Source: Eledone cirrhosa
Lineage: Eukaryota
Assembly: GCA_964016885.1 (NCBI GenBank)
Contig: OZ024752.1
Location: 13,268,001-13,332,000 of the forward strand
Direction of reading: 5' to 3'
Length of the DNA stretch: 64,000 bases
Position 1 is the first letter of the stretch, and every line of letters starts with the position of its first letter. The notes beneath the pieces were generated by a model. It saw only the letters and a list, made by a program, of their open reading frames with translations, ran no database searches and was not told the origin of the DNA. Shown piece after piece: positions 1-14,555 of the stretch. Made by a program: the position numbers and the translations under genes.

Positions 1-765
1 CTTCAAAAAGTCCCTGGCCTGGCAGTGCTACCGAGGAGCTCTACCAGTTAGAGACAAGCTCTACAGACATGGGCGCCCGGGCAGGGACCCTGCAAAAAAG
101 ATCTGTCCGAGGTGCGTACGAGACGAAGAAACCGTCGCGCACGCATTCATACACTCCCCGGGCGTCACCGACCTGTGGGGCTATGTGGAACGACTATTGT
201 CGCGGGTGGGACCAATCCAGTTGACCACCGAGTCCATTGTCATGATCAAACCGCCACCCTCCTTCAAAAACGAAGGAGAGGCGGTTTTCCTTTGTGTGAT
301 AGCTATGGCGAAAGAGGTTGTATGGTGGACAAGGTTGAAAGGGCTGAGGTCAGACACCTTTCTCTCCGGCCAACAACTGATTCATTTTTTCAAATACCAC
401 TTTGGAAGAAGAATCAGGATGGAGAGAGAGGTGCTGTACCCCAGCAAGTTTTATGAAAGGTGGGTGAAAGTGGCGAGAATGGCCCGAGTGAATGGGCCTT
501 CTCTCTATATCAGCCTCTAGGTTGAGGAAAAAGAGGAGGAGAGGAAGGGAGTACAAACTCTTCGTACTCCTGGAGATGAGGGTTGCACATTTTTTTTTCG
601 GGGGTATGTGTTACCCATATGTAATGTCTCCTCCTATTGGGGAAAAATCGATTAATTTTTAAATTGCATTTGTAATAATATTTTACACGTTTTTATTGTA
701 TGTAAACTTCCCCCTTTGTATTTGTCCCCTTATTTTGTGCCCCTGTGGCTAATAAAGAAACATAT
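1..765 (+). mobile_element. 3' end of a Tx1/L1-like non-LTR retrotransposon (zf-RVT region, 3' UTR, AATAAA, (TATC)n tail)
   Basis: Frameshifted frames FKKSLAWQCYRGALPVRDKL..CPRC and PPPSFKNEGEAVFLC match the minus-strand copy at 54731-55393; AATAAA at 751 is followed by (ctat)n. Confidence 0.85.
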
Positions 766-855
766 CTATCTCTCTATCTCTCTATCTATCTATCTATCTC
801 TCTCTCTATATATAGAACATGTTCGCTCTACATGGCTGAATACTATAAATGTAAT

Positions 856-1177
856 CTGAGTTTTTCGAATATTAATAATAATATTCGATTTGTTTGCAAT
901 TATGCAAACAAGACTCACTTTTAAAGCCATGTCAGTAGAATGAGTCCTCCATTCTTGCTCTTGTGTTGGAATGTAAACAGAACTGCAGACACTAATGTTT
1001 CCCGGTATTACCCTTCATCAGTACAGCTCACTGTCACCTGCAAACCTGCAGTTCTGTTTACATGTCAACACGAGAGCAAGAATGAGGACTCATTCTACTG
1101 ACATGGCTTTAAAAGTGAGGCTTGTTTGCATAATTGCAAACAAATCGAATATTATTATTAATATTCGAAAAACTCAG
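856..1177. repeat. Foldback inverted repeat (arms ~856-988 and ~1046-1177)
   Basis: ctgagtttttcgaatatt...aactgcag is matched by its reverse complement ctgcagttc...cgaaaaactcag with few mismatches. Confidence 0.85.
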
Positions 1178-1179
1178 GC

Positions 1180-1230
<51 letters not shown>

Positions 1231-1387
1231 CTGCTCTGTTAAACAACCGATGTTATTACATTGAGGTATTTATCTTACTGGTAATAAGATAGTAATTAAT
1301 GACTATCTTTCACTATTTAGGGTTTGTATAAAAATATATAACCATAAAAGGTTTTATTACATACATAACCATAAATAGTATCCTTAA

Positions 1388-1437
<50 letters not shown>

Positions 1438-1578
1438 GTGTGTGTTTGGCCTTTAACGTATGTTGTAGCTCTGATTCATATGAATCATCGAGCGCTTGCC
1501 ACACATCTCGGAAGTTGTTTTTCGTTAATTCCTGAGCTGAAATACGATTCTCGCTAATTTATATTTATATATATACAT

Positions 1579-1651
<73 letters not shown>

Positions 1652-1674
1652 TATATATACATATATATATATAC

Positions 1675-1709
<35 letters not shown>

Positions 1710-1750
1710 GATATATATATACATATATATATATACATATATATATATAC

Positions 1751-1827
<77 letters not shown>

Positions 1828-1852
1828 GGTGTGTGTATATATATATATATAC

Positions 1853-1929
<77 letters not shown>

Positions 1930-1930
1930 G

Positions 1931-1994
<64 letters not shown>

Positions 1995-2035
1995 ATACAT
2001 ATACATATATATATACATATATATATAGTTATACT

Positions 2036-2950
2036 ATCTCTGATTTGCCTATCTGCTGGGTCATTCCTATGTTTAGATATTATTCTAATTTCTATGTTGT
2101 CTATGTTACCGTCATGTTGTTGTCTAGCATGTACGAACATGTTGTCTATGTTACCGTCATGTTGTTGTCTAGCATGTACGAACATGCTAGACAACAATAT
2201 GACGGTAACATAGACAACATAGAAATTAGAATAATATCTAAACATAGGAATGACCCAGCAGATAGGCAAATCAGAGAGGCCAGTGAAATAGAAATTAGAA
2301 GACCAAAGCTAAACAGAAAGAATGAGTGGAACAACAACAACACCCAAACAAACAACACTGACCTAAGAGAAGTATAAATAAGTAAATAAAATAAAATAAA
2401 ATAAGATAAATAAATACATACCCAAGCACAATAACAACAAGCACATAAACACACACTAGTCACCCAGCAGACACAACACTATACACACTAGTCACACAGC
2501 AAACGCAACACTATACACACACGCAAACGCATGCGCAAAGAAGACAAAATAAAATAAACAAACAAGCAAATAAATAAATAAATATACAGACAGACTGAAT
2601 AAAAAATGGCGTAGACATACAACACAACAGGAGGAAAAAATATAACACCACTGACGATGTTGCAGATGTGCAACGAAAGATTTATGTAAATTATGTAAAC
2701 TATATATATGTGTTTGTGTCTATATTGTATCTGTATTATTTTTGACCGTCGGTCAGTCAATGGCAACATTGAGGACCGATTAAGTTAGATCGCAGATATA
2801 AAAGACAGCGAGAAGCGAAAACCAACCAAACAGTGAGTGTATTCTGTTATTAATTCTGGCAATATTACGCAAATATGACCCTCCCCAAGTATAACCATAT
2901 TTGTTTCGACACACGATTTCATATAAAAAACCTCGCTAAACTAATTCATC
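2036..2950 (+). mobile_element. Penelope-like 3' remnant: GIY-YIG C-terminus plus pseudo-LTR, with an inverted 5' segment
   Basis: [18 protein letters not shown]...RQIREA...PKLNRKNEW is near-identical to 58271-58460 (-); 2036-2180 is an inverted, partly duplicated copy; weak HHR core CTGACGA at 2651 and GAAA at 2675. Confidence 0.85.
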
Positions 2951-2994
2951 ATATATATACATATATATATACATATACATATATATATATATAC

Positions 2995-3029
<35 letters not shown>

Positions 3030-3142
3030 CATATATATATACATATACATATATATATATACATATATATATACATATATATACATACATATATATATAC
3101 ATATATATATATATAGATATATATATACATATATATACATAC

Positions 3143-3199
<57 letters not shown>

Positions 3200-3268
3200 C
3201 ATATATATATATACATATATATATATACATACATATATATATACATACATATATATACATACGTATAA

Positions 3269-3357
<89 letters not shown>

Positions 3358-3630
3358 AATGAAAGGTATAGAAAATATTGTAGCAAAAAGCCAACAATAT
3401 ATACATATATATATACATATATAAATACATATATACATATATATATATATACACATACATATTTATATATACATATATATATATATACACATATACACAT
3501 ATATATACACACATATACATATATATATATATACACATATACATATACATATATATACATACATATATATATATATATACACATATACATATATATATAT
3601 ACACATATACATATATATATACACACACAT

Positions 3631-3683
<53 letters not shown>

Positions 3684-3724
3684 TATATATATATACACAC
3701 ATATACATATATATATACACACAC

Positions 3725-3755
<31 letters not shown>

Positions 3756-3772
3756 CATATACATACATATAG

Positions 3773-3845
<73 letters not shown>

Positions 3846-3861
3846 GTAATAATAATAATAA

Positions 3862-4195
3862 AAAATGGGAAAAAATGTGGAAATTGAGAACTAAAACAAT
3901 ACCAGTGGTTGTAGGCGCTCTAGGAATGATACCTAAGGGGTCTAATGATTACTTATCGCAAATCCCAGGAAACCCGCATATAGGAGAAATACAAAAGATA
4001 GTACTAATGGGAACTGCCCATATACTAAGGAAGATTCTGTCAATATAAGTACATCACAAGTCAAAACACTAAAGATGCATGTGTGAGTATGTATGTTCTT
4101 TATTGAACATGGCGGACCTTGTTGTCTCTTGAGGTCACTGGTTGTGACTTGGTGATAACTCGTATGAACATAAAGCAAGATAAATGCAACTGTAA
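3862..4195 (+). mobile_element. 5'-truncated R4/Dong-type (restriction-like endonuclease) non-LTR retrotransposon tail in a (TAA)n tract
   Basis: Manual translation [23 protein letters not shown]...EIQKIVLMGTAHILRKILSI* (stop ~4048), the typical RLE C-terminus; (taa)n on both sides. Confidence 0.75.
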
Positions 4196-4305
4196 TAATA
4201 ATGCAACTGTAATAATAATAATAATAAATTTGAAGACTAAAATCCAAAGAGGGCTCGATAAGGATAAATATATATCAGATATATAAGAACCGTAGAGCAA
4301 ATATT

Positions 4306-7045
4306 TATTAAAATAACAGATTAAAGTTTAAGCAAAGAATCGCTGCTTTCACCCTTAACGGGATCTTCTGAAACTAACAAAGTCAATCTGTAAACGCAGA
4401 AGTGGATATTTCAAAAAACGTTGCAACCGGAGGGAGACAGGAAGACGATACTTTGGTTCGTGGAAACGTTCCCTGGCAAAGAACGGGAAAAAACGAATAT
4501 AATACGTCATTACCCTACGAAGTCCGATTTAGGTAGACTTAGTAAAAGGATTCTTGATAGAATTATACCTGAAATTAGAAGTTTGGCCCCTCTTGCACTG
4601 TGGAACAATTCTTTCGCAGTGATTGATTGGTTCAACGGCATATGCAACAAGGAACATTGCCGTTTTATCCAATTCGACATCAACAATTACTACTCCTCCA
4701 TCACTTTACCACTTCTCCTTAGAGCTATCAATTTCCCTAAAACACTCACAGTGGTTAAGGATTTCGAAGTTGATGTCATCCTCAATGCCCGTAAGTCGGT
4801 GATTAATTTCGACGACTCTATTTGGATTAAAAAATCCAATAGTACCCCATTCGACGTGAGTATGGGCGCCAGCGATTCTGCGGAGGTTACTGATCTTATC
4901 GGCCTTTTCCTTCTTTTCTCTATCAAGGACGAATTCCCCAACGCGGGCGGCGGTGTGTATCGTGACGATGGTCTTTTGACCATGACTAAGTGCGGACCTC
5001 GTGCTTGCGACAGGTTCAGAAAAGAACTCACAGCCTTCTTTAAAGGCTTCAACCTCTCTATACAGGTTGAGGCCAATCTCTCGGTCGTTAATTACCTCGA
5101 CGTTACCCTCAGTTTATCGAATGGGTTGTATTACCCGTATAGAAAGCCGAATGATACGCTTAATTACATAAGTAAGCATTCCAACCATCCTGCCAGCATA
5201 ACTAAGAATCTGGTAAGAAACGTTTCGTTGAGGCTTTCCCGTCTATCTACTAACGAGGATATATTCAACGACCATTCCACTTATTACAATGAAGCTCTTG
5301 CTCGGAGTGGATTTGTCGATAAGGTAGCTTATACAGAGTACGAAAATAGACCTAGAAGTAATAGATCTCGTCGCATTTGTTGGTATAACCCACCATATAA
5401 TATGGAGGTGGCCACACCATTAGCTAAGATCTTTCTTTCCTTTATTACGAAGCATTTTCCCCCTACACATAAATATAGTAACATTTTTAATAGAAATACT
5501 AATAAAATTTCTTACTCTACGACTCCTAACCTTGCACATAACATCACAGCTTCAAATTTAGCTAAACTACCTAGCCGTAGGAACACGTGCAACCCTGTAG
5601 TTAGTACTAACTGTAATTTTAGGATTCGGGTTGATTGCCCCTATCCGGGAAATGCCTCTCTAGTAACATTGTCTACAAATTTAAGGTTGAAACACCCACG
5701 TCCCGTAGGGCATACATAGGGTTAACCGCCAATAGATTCAAGCAGCGTCTTTACATGCATACCCATTCTTTTCGTTACCCTCTAAGAAGGAATATGACGT
5801 CACTTTCAGCTTATATCTGGAATCTAAAAGACAACCACACCCAATTTAAGTTACACCGGGAGATCCTAGCTAGGGCTAGATCGTATAACGGAAATAAAAG
5901 ACCGTGTGACCTCTGCGCCGCTGATCCCTGGAAATACTCTACGCCACAGACCACATCTTAAACAAAAAATCTGAGGCAATTTCGGCTTGTAAACATAAAT
6001 TGCGCAAAACTTTCCTGTATTACAGCCCCACGTTATACCCTAACGGATAGTACGATCTATATGTGGATATTTTACGTCTTGATGTGGTAGCTAAGTATAT
6101 GTTTTGTTTATATCATTACTTATTTGCATAGGTAAGTATATATTACCTGTATGTTTTGTGAAGGTACGTATACTTTCTCGTACGTATATTTGATTGTATA
6201 TGTTATGGCGTATAATTTTTTATATATTCTGGTACATACGGTTTGGTTATGTGTGTACGGGAGTTTTGCGTCTGTGTGAGTATGCAGGTTCGTTCGTATG
6301 TAGGGTGTGTGTATATGTGTACTTCATGTTTTGGTTGACGTTGGTCTCCGAACATTTGTGTATTTACATGTAGGTATGTGTGTGCGCTTGTTATATACGT
6401 ATTTATTTATTTATATACGTTTATTTAATTATTTATTTATTTGTATACACACACACATTTTTATATGTGCGTGGTTTTGTATACCTATGGCAAGTGTTTT
6501 CGCGTTTGCTCGTGTATGTACGTATTTGCATGCGTGTATGTATTTATTTAATTTCTATTACCTTTGTATTGTATTTTATTTACTTTATTCTTAACTCTGA
6601 AGCGGAGATTCATTCGCTTTCCTAGTAAGAATTTTAGTCTACGACTTCAGTTATACCATTTACGTGGTTTTGTCTTTGCGTGCAATTGTTCTCCACGCCC
6701 CACATATGACGTATTATCTTCGTTTTTTCCGTTCATTGCCAGAGAACGTCTCTATGAACCACCTCAGAGAACAGTAGTCTACGACTTCTTTTATACAATA
6801 AACGTGGTTCTGTCTTTGCGTGTAATTGTTTTTCACCGCTCCAAATAATGACGTATTATATTCGTTTTATTCCCGTTCTTTGCCAGGGAACGTTTCCACG
6901 AACCAAAGTATCGTCTTCCCGTCTTCCTCCAGTTGCAACGACTTTTGAAATATCCACTTCTGCGTTTACAGATTGACTTTGTTAGTTTCAGAAGATCTCG
7001 TTAAGGGTGAAAGCAGCGATTCTTTGCTTAAACTTTAATCTGTTA

Positions 7046-7053
<8 letters not shown>
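4306..7053 (+). mobile_element. Penelope-like element (probably Naiad-type) with an inverted 5' pseudo-LTR copy
   Basis: RT and GIY-YIG coding region followed by a pLTR; 4306-4511 is the reverse complement of 6846-7053. Confidence 0.88.
4512..6050 (+). pseudogene. Penelope-like RT + GIY-YIG endonuclease, 5'-truncated, frameshifts near 5640 and 5925
   Basis: QFDINNYYSSI, SMGA, YRDDG, YLDV, WYNPPY, CP.SGKC..NIVY, AYIGLT..FKQR, CDLC, and LNKKSE..CKH in the next frame. Confidence 0.88.
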
Positions 7054-7091
<38 letters not shown>

Positions 7092-7152
7092 TAACAGATT
7101 AAAGTTTAAGCAAAAATCGCTGCTTTCACCCTTAACGGGATCTTCTGAAACT

Positions 7153-10100
7153 CCATTGGATCTCTGAAGATCCATAGTTGCCGTCAGTGTGTGAAGGAGT
7201 GCAAGTCTCTAGCAGGCTTGAAAAGCCATATCTGAGGGACGCTCCGATATGGCTTTTCAAGCCTGCTAGAGACTTGCACTCCTTTACACACTGACGGCAA
7301 CTATGGATCTCCCTGGCTTGAGGTCCTGCATCAGGTTGGCCGTGAACCCTCGCAATACCTTGGAGATCATAGTTCACTGGTTCTCTTTGAACATGGCTGC
7401 GACTGTGGCTCCTGAGACCAGATTTGCTCAAGCAAATTTTTCTACACTCAGGGCACTTCAATTTAATGGACACACCGATCGTTTCAAGAGATACACCAGG
7501 GCATTGCTTACGCACATCCCGATTGATCTTCTCGTGCTCTATGCGTCTGTCCTCAAAATTATGGACCTCATCATTCACTATTCCACGGCAAGTTTCTCTT
7601 CCAAGATTTTCTATCTCCCAGTCAGCCATCATCAAACCAGTTTCTTTCAACGAGTTCTTTACACAATCATTGAATCGGAGCCCTGGCTTGTGAGATGGTC
7701 TCTTACCCTCACAAAGCTCGCAATACAAGAGTTGTTTTGGGATTTGATCATCCTCTATTCTGCAGAGGTGTCCGGTCCACTGCAAACGCCGTTGGTGGAT
7801 GACACTCTCAATGCTCCGACACTCACTTCTCTCAAGGCCCTCAACATCACTCACATGCATCTGCCACTTGATACCGAGCATCTTTCTGAGACACTGCTGG
7901 TGAAACCGTTCCAGTCTGTAGATATGCCATTTGTAGGCAACCCATGTCTCACATGCATACAGCAAAGCTGACATTACACATGCAGCATACACTCTCACCT
8001 TGGTCCTCATTGTGATTCCTCGCCTGCACCAAAGACGGTCGTTGAGCCTTCCAAATGACTTACTTGTCTTACTAACACGTAGACCAACTTCTGCATCCAG
8101 AGAGCAGATCACACCCAGAGTACTCCCTAAATACACAAATGTGTCAGCAGCCTTCAGCTTTTGACCGTATACGTGTATGGAGGGTTCATTGAAAACTTTA
8201 TCCGGAGCAGGTTGGTACAAGACGACAGTCTTCTTCAGACTGATTGTCAGTCCCAAAGCACTGCACAAATGGAAAAAGAATCCATAAGGTGTTGCATATC
8301 ACTCTGGGAGTGTGCAAAGAGATCACAATCATCAGCATATAAAAATTCTCTGATCAAGGTACTCAGTACTTTAGTGTTGGCACTGAGACGCCTAAGGTTA
8401 AACAGCCTGCCGGAAGTGCGATAGATACCGTGTTGACAATCCTTGAAGGCCATGAAGAACACCATCGCGAAATACAAGGCAAACAAAGTTGGTGCAGGTA
8501 TATCACCTTGTTTAACACCATTTTCAACCGAGATTGGCTCAGACAGTTTACCTGCAACATTCACCCATGCCTGCATGTCATCGTGGAAGAGTTTCAGAAT
8601 GTTCACAAACTTTTCAGGACAGCCCAATCTCTCCAAAATAACCCACAAAGCCTTCCGATTAACGGTGTCAAATGCCTTGGTCAGATCGACAAAAACTTGG
8701 TATAAGTCCATGCGCTGCTCAATGCATTTCTCTTGAAGTTTTTTGGCCGAGAAGATCATGTCAACAGTGCCTCTGCCGTTTCTAAAGCCATATTGGGACT
8801 CAGGAAGTACCTCAACAGCAATGTGCTGTATCAATCTGTCCAACAATATCCTGCACAAGATCTCCCCAGCCACAAATAGCAGTGAAACACCTCTGTAGTT
8901 GCCACAGTCATCTTTGGCTCCCTTTCCTTTGTAAAGTACCACCATCAATGCATCTTTCCAATTCTGTGGCACATCTTCATTCCAAACATTCACAAAGAGA
9001 TCAATGAGGCGGTTTAAGAAGTTATCACCAGCACACTTGAAAATCCCGGCACTCAGTCCATCCATTCCAGGTGACTTGCCGCTGTTTAATTTGGCAATGG
9101 CCTTCGCCACCTCTTCAAATGAAGGAGGATCAGCCATTGCCAGCTTTGTAGGTCTGGATGGAATCGACCGGATGAACTCATCATCAATTTTTGATGGTCT
9201 GTTGAGAGGCTCATCAAAGTGGTCATGCCACCTGATCAGGATTTCCTTCAGATCTCTGAGCAATTCCTTGCCGTCCTCGGAGCGAAGTGGTGATATTCGT
9301 GAACCGGTCAGACCATACACATCCCTGAGCAGACTGTATAGGCACTTTGTATCATGTCTATATGAGGCCTTCTGGATTTCATCAGCCTTTTGGCTCCACC
9401 AGGTATCCTGCATGGCTCTAAATCGATGTTGCAGACGTGCCTTGATCTTCCTGAAGATCCTGTCACTCCCATCAGAACGTGTCTCACACAACAATCATGT
9501 CAGCACTTTTTGTTTCTCTTCAAGCAAGGTCTGGATCACTGGATCATTTTCATCGAACCAGTCTTTATGCTTTCTATTGGTATGACCCAAAACTCCATCA
9601 CTAACATCATAGACGGTTTTCTTCAATGATTCCCAAGTGTTTTCACATTCCAAGGACTCAAGGGACCTCGACGGCTCAGCTCTGACTTTCAGACAAGCCA
9701 GGTTTAGTTTTTTTTGGAAGTGCAACCTTCTTCGCCCTTACTTTGGGCTTCACAACAAATTGAAACCTGGCGCGCACCAGACGATGATCAGTCCAACATT
9801 CGGCACCTCGCAATACACAAGCCAACGTGATATCCCTGATATCACGTTTTCTCGTTAAAACAAAGTCAGTAAGGTACCACTTCTTGGAACCTGGATGCAT
9901 CCAAGTTGTCTTATATTTGTCTTTCTGCTGAAAGAGCGCGTTCCCAACAACAAGATCCATCTCAGTGCACATCTGCAACAGTAGGCCGTTGTTATTCCAC
10001 TTACCTACTCCATGCCTGCCCACCACACTCCAAGATTCCCAGTCATTACTAACACGTGCATTAAAATCACCAAGGGTGACAATCTTGTCTGCATAAGGTA

Positions 10101-11135
10101 TACCATGGATGACCTCTCTCAAAGACATGTAGAAACTTAGTTTTTCATCATCACTAGCACACACAGTAGGAGCGTACACACTGACCAGAGTCACAAAGCG
10201 GTTTTGAATCAGAGGGACATTATCCGATCATTGAATCCACAACGAAGATTTTCTAGCTTTGAGACGATTCCATTCCTGACTGCAAATGCCACCCCTGCTT
10301 CTCTCCTGCAACCCTCTGCTCCACCACTCCAATAGAAGGTATATCCTTCCTTCTGTTCTGTGAATTGACCCTCACCTGCCAATCTCGTTTCTGAAAGAGC
10401 AACGATGTCCATGTTATAACGATCGAGTTCCCTCGACACCAAAGCAGATCTTCTTTCAGGGCGAGTTTTACTGGACTGGGAATCCAGTAAAGTTCTTACA
10501 TTCCAACATCCAATATTCAGAGGTTTGAAACTCCTTGCATTTGTAGCATGACGACCGGGCCCACGCTGCGGTGCCATGGGACACCTGCCGGGCCAGACCC
10601 CTTCACAATAAGTTCCAGAGCCCTTACTGCCATTGACCTCAAGGCTATCATCTGTCATCATAGAGTTTGGTGCACTTTTAGGCTATGGCCAGCCACACGA
10701 ACCTGTAACAGATCCTGAACAAGCGATGCCTGTGCATTGAAGGTTTTTTAAAGTGGGGAAAGGCCTTGCACGCGACCAATCCCACTCTCTGAGCATCGAA
10801 AACACTACCCGAAAAGGAGAACTGGTCAACATCATCGGATGCTTCCAAAGCTGCAGGTTTTTTTTCATAGTTTCCCTCTCCTAGAAAGGTGTTGTGACAA
10901 CAACAGGGGACCCTTCACTCCCAGGTAAAAAAATAAAGTACTATTGGATGGCCCTTGACTCTGCTGAGTTCCTCCGCCCTTTGACGGGTCTTGTATTTCA
11001 TCCCACAGGGTGTCCAAATATCACCCTCCCCACCAAGCAAGCTTGGTGGGGTTGCCGATTAAGTCGCCGACGATCCGACCATGAAGCAGGTAGTACCGGG
11101 TTACATGTTACCAGTAGCACTCGAGAGCAACCTGA
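7153..11135 (-). mobile_element. Near full-length degenerate RTE-clade LINE (5' UTR, APE, RT, C-terminal C2H2 fingers)
   Basis: APE motifs GCWNVRTL, ALSETR, SVYAPT, GDFNARV, WTDH; RT motifs GKSPGMDG, NYRGVSL, FVDLTKAFDTV, GVKQG, YADD; CPEC..H..H; spread over several frameshifted ORFs. Confidence 0.92.
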
Positions 11136-11234
11136 CACATATATACATATATATGCATATATACATACATATATATATATACATATACATACATATATAC
11201 ATATATATATATACATACACATACACATATATAC

Positions 11235-11298
<64 letters not shown>

Positions 11299-11375
11299 CG
11301 AAGGAAATGTGGTAAGGAACCAGGTGGACCATAACGCACCAAAGTACTCAATACTTGAGGTAGTAGAGTGGGTAA

Positions 11376-11496
11376 TAGGAACCAGTAGGACCCCGACAGC
11401 TGAGCTCAAGCCGTTTCGACGGCTAATTCTGGACTGAATTAGTCCAGAATTAGCCGTCGAAACGGCTTGAGCTCAGCTGTCGGGGTCCTATTGGTT

Positions 11497-11501
<5 letters not shown>
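11376..11501. repeat. Near-perfect palindrome with ~60-bp arms (loop gaatt, 11436-11440)
   Basis: ataggaacca...ctggact / agtccag...tggttcctat with a single mismatch. Confidence 0.9.
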
Positions 11502-11529
<28 letters not shown>

Positions 11530-11540
<11 letters not shown>

Positions 11541-12306
11541 GTAGTTTAGAAAGCCACAACAATGCAGATGGGAAATCTCGAGGTAAGAAGTGAGTGAGAA
11601 ATAGGAGAATAGAGAAAATTGAGAGAAACGAAAATGAAAACAAAACAAAGGTAGAAGGGTTACCGTAGTGGAGATTTAATCCCAATATTTCGGGCTCACG
11701 CCCATCAACGGGGGAAAGTTATAAAAGGGGGGGGGGACACACAGGCTAAGCCGGAGAAAGTTGTATTGTCGTTAAAACACAGGAATGCCGTTATGGGGAA
11801 AATTCAAACGAGGGAAAGAATGCGTGTGCGCGTGATAGGCTGTGGCAAAAGCTACTGACCAATTGGGTTAAATCAATAGGGTGAGCTAGCGTGTGAAAGC
11901 CGTAAAATATGTGTGTGTTAATATATATGTGTGTGTAACTGTGTGTGTATATGTGTATGTGTGTATGTATGTGTGTGTGTGTGTGTGAAAGATAGTGGGC
12001 CGTAGAAGCTGGAAATCAAAGGGTGTGAAAGGTGCTAGGTTGTATAAACATGTGTGCGTGTATAAATATAGATGTGTGTGTGTATGTGTATGGGTATACA
12101 TATAAGTGCGTGTGTGTGAAAGATAGTAGGCCGTAGGGGCTGTTACTGGTCACTATGGTTAAATTAGCCATGTCAGCTCATTTCTCTCAGCCCTGTTGTT
12201 AAGTGGGGGTCTGAGATTCTTAATAACAAGTGCTTCCTTTATCCTTAAGGATCCGATGCTGCGTTCAGTCGCTAGGACTGTGACCAAGGGTCTGCTCTGT
12301 GGGTTT

Positions 12307-12310
<4 letters not shown>
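11530..12310 (-). mobile_element. Penelope-like 3' remnant (GIY-YIG C-terminus plus pLTR)
   Basis: [17 protein letters not shown]...* on the minus strand; the downstream pLTR recurs as the inverted pair at 24177-24573. Confidence 0.7.
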
Positions 12311-12380
<70 letters not shown>

Positions 12381-12429
12381 ACATATATATACATATATAC
12401 ATATATACATATATATATATACATATATA

Positions 12430-12745
12430 ATATATAAGATCAAAAGATGGTTAAAAGAGTTCCATGTATTTTATTATATTATCAAAAACAAATATCATCA
12501 TGCAATAATATTTGTGTTTTCATCAGATAAAATAGGAAGACATGATATGAAGGTTAAAAAACACTTGTGAATAGTGCAGTTTTAAATCAACATATTTTTG
12601 AAATGCGCATAATAAAATACACGGAACTCTTTTAACCATCTTTTGATCTTATATATTATGTATACTCCAGTCCTACAAACTGTAGAGTGCTTCTTATCCG
12701 ATATCTGCATTGCTTTATTGTACTACAATAAAACTCACCTCCTAC
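12430..12745. repeat. pLTR-like foldback related to 40770-41030, with broken HHR halves
   Basis: atataagatcaaaagatggttaaaagagttcc is present in both orientations; tcatcag near 12520 and gaaatgcgcata near 12600. Confidence 0.7.
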
Positions 12746-12872
12746 ATTATATACATATATATATATGTATAATATATATACATATATACACATATATATA
12801 TATATATATATATATATGATAATAATGATGGCTGCGCGTTGCAAATGGTGGTGCATATGAAAAAGTAAGTCC

Positions 12873-12960
<88 letters not shown>

Positions 12961-13003
12961 CATATATATATATACATATATATATATACATATATATATA
13001 TAC

Positions 13004-13048
<45 letters not shown>

Positions 13049-13055
13049 TATATAC

Positions 13056-13087
<32 letters not shown>

Positions 13088-13194
13088 ATATATATACATA
13101 AATATAAATATATATATATATACATACATATATACATACATATATACATATATATATACATATATATATATACATATATATATACATATATACA

Positions 13195-13640
13195 TTGTAG
13201 TATCAACAGCGATATATGCCTGTGAAACATGGAAGAGTACGGAAAGTGTATGTAACAAGCTTGATGTATTCCACCGTCGTTGCATTCGGACCATATTGAA
13301 AATTTCATGGAGAGACCAAGTTAGCAACGAGGAAGTGATGAGGGGGTCAGGATTGGAGAAGTTAAGGGACATTGTCCGGAAAAGGAGACGGCGCTTCGCG
13401 GGCCACATCCTTCGTTTGATGGCAGATCGACATATTGCCATGGATTGGGTACCAGAGGGTGGCAGGAGAGAACGGGGAAGACCAAGAAAAACATGGCGGA
13501 GCACATTCAGTGAGGACCTGCGGAAGATGGTAATTACCTGGAGAGGTGCTAGAAGGGCCGCCAGTGAGAGGATCAAGTGGAGGAAGCCCGTCGCCCAATG
13601 TTCCACACGGGACTGGAGGAACTAAGACTAAGACTGAGAC
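13195..13640 (+). mobile_element. RTE LINE 3' fragment with an (actaag)n tail
   Basis: YACETW...[26 protein letters not shown]...RRFAGHILR...RGRPRKTW. Confidence 0.85.
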
Positions 13641-13648
13641 ATATATAC

Positions 13649-13679
<31 letters not shown>

Positions 13680-13692
13680 CATATACTCATAC

Positions 13693-13723
<31 letters not shown>

Positions 13724-14479
13724 CAAACATATATACATATATACATGCATATATATATATATATGTATATACATATACTCATACATATATATATATATAT
13801 ACATATACAAACATATATACATATATACATACATATATATATATATACATATACATACATATATGAAATATAAGAATCAAAGAACTGTTCAAAACATTAT
13901 TGTGCTTACAGCTGTTTCCTCCAAACCGAGGTTTGGATTCTTCGGAGCAATTTATTAATGCATGGACAGTTATATGACCTCCTTTTCAGTCGAGAGACAT
14001 ACCAATACATATTCAAACATTGATACATATTCAAACATTGAGGGTCAACATTCATTACAGAATTTAGAGTGGCAGTACACACTTTGAGATTACATTTATA
14101 TTAATAGGTACAATCAAAAATCAAGGATATAGGTTAAAGTACAACATAAGATTGTTTTTACATTGAGCTACTTAACTTACTGGTAATAAGGTAGTAATAC
14201 ATTACTGCCTACCACTATTTAGGGTGTGTGTAAAATACTTACAACTGCTTAAGGTTTTGTGTTTACATAACCATAAATAGTATAACTAATACATACATAT
14301 ATACATTTACATGTGCACATATACATATATGCACACCTGTGAGCGTATATACATACATATACACACACCTAACTATACTTCATGATAGATTTTTATATAT
14401 TTCAATTTCTATTTCATTTATCTATATCTTTTTTTGATTTTCTTGATGTGTTTTTCTAAGTATTTGCCCATGTTTTATA

Positions 14480-14555
14480 TTGCCTCGTCTGACGAACGAA
14501 TGAAGTCGTTTATTTCGTATTCGCCTCATTCGGGAAACCTCTGGTAATGAGGTAA
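14480..14555 (+). ncRNA. Type I hammerhead ribozyme
   Basis: Stem I ttgcctcgt/atgaggtaa; CTGACGA 14489-14495; stem II cgaatga/tcattcg; GAAA 14534; stem III cc-tct-gg; GUA cleavage after 14546. Confidence 0.8.

Noticed and set aside
4421-4511. N-terminus of the 432-aa ORF as true protein
   Set aside because: It is read-through from the inverted pLTR copy; RT homology starts near PTKSDLG
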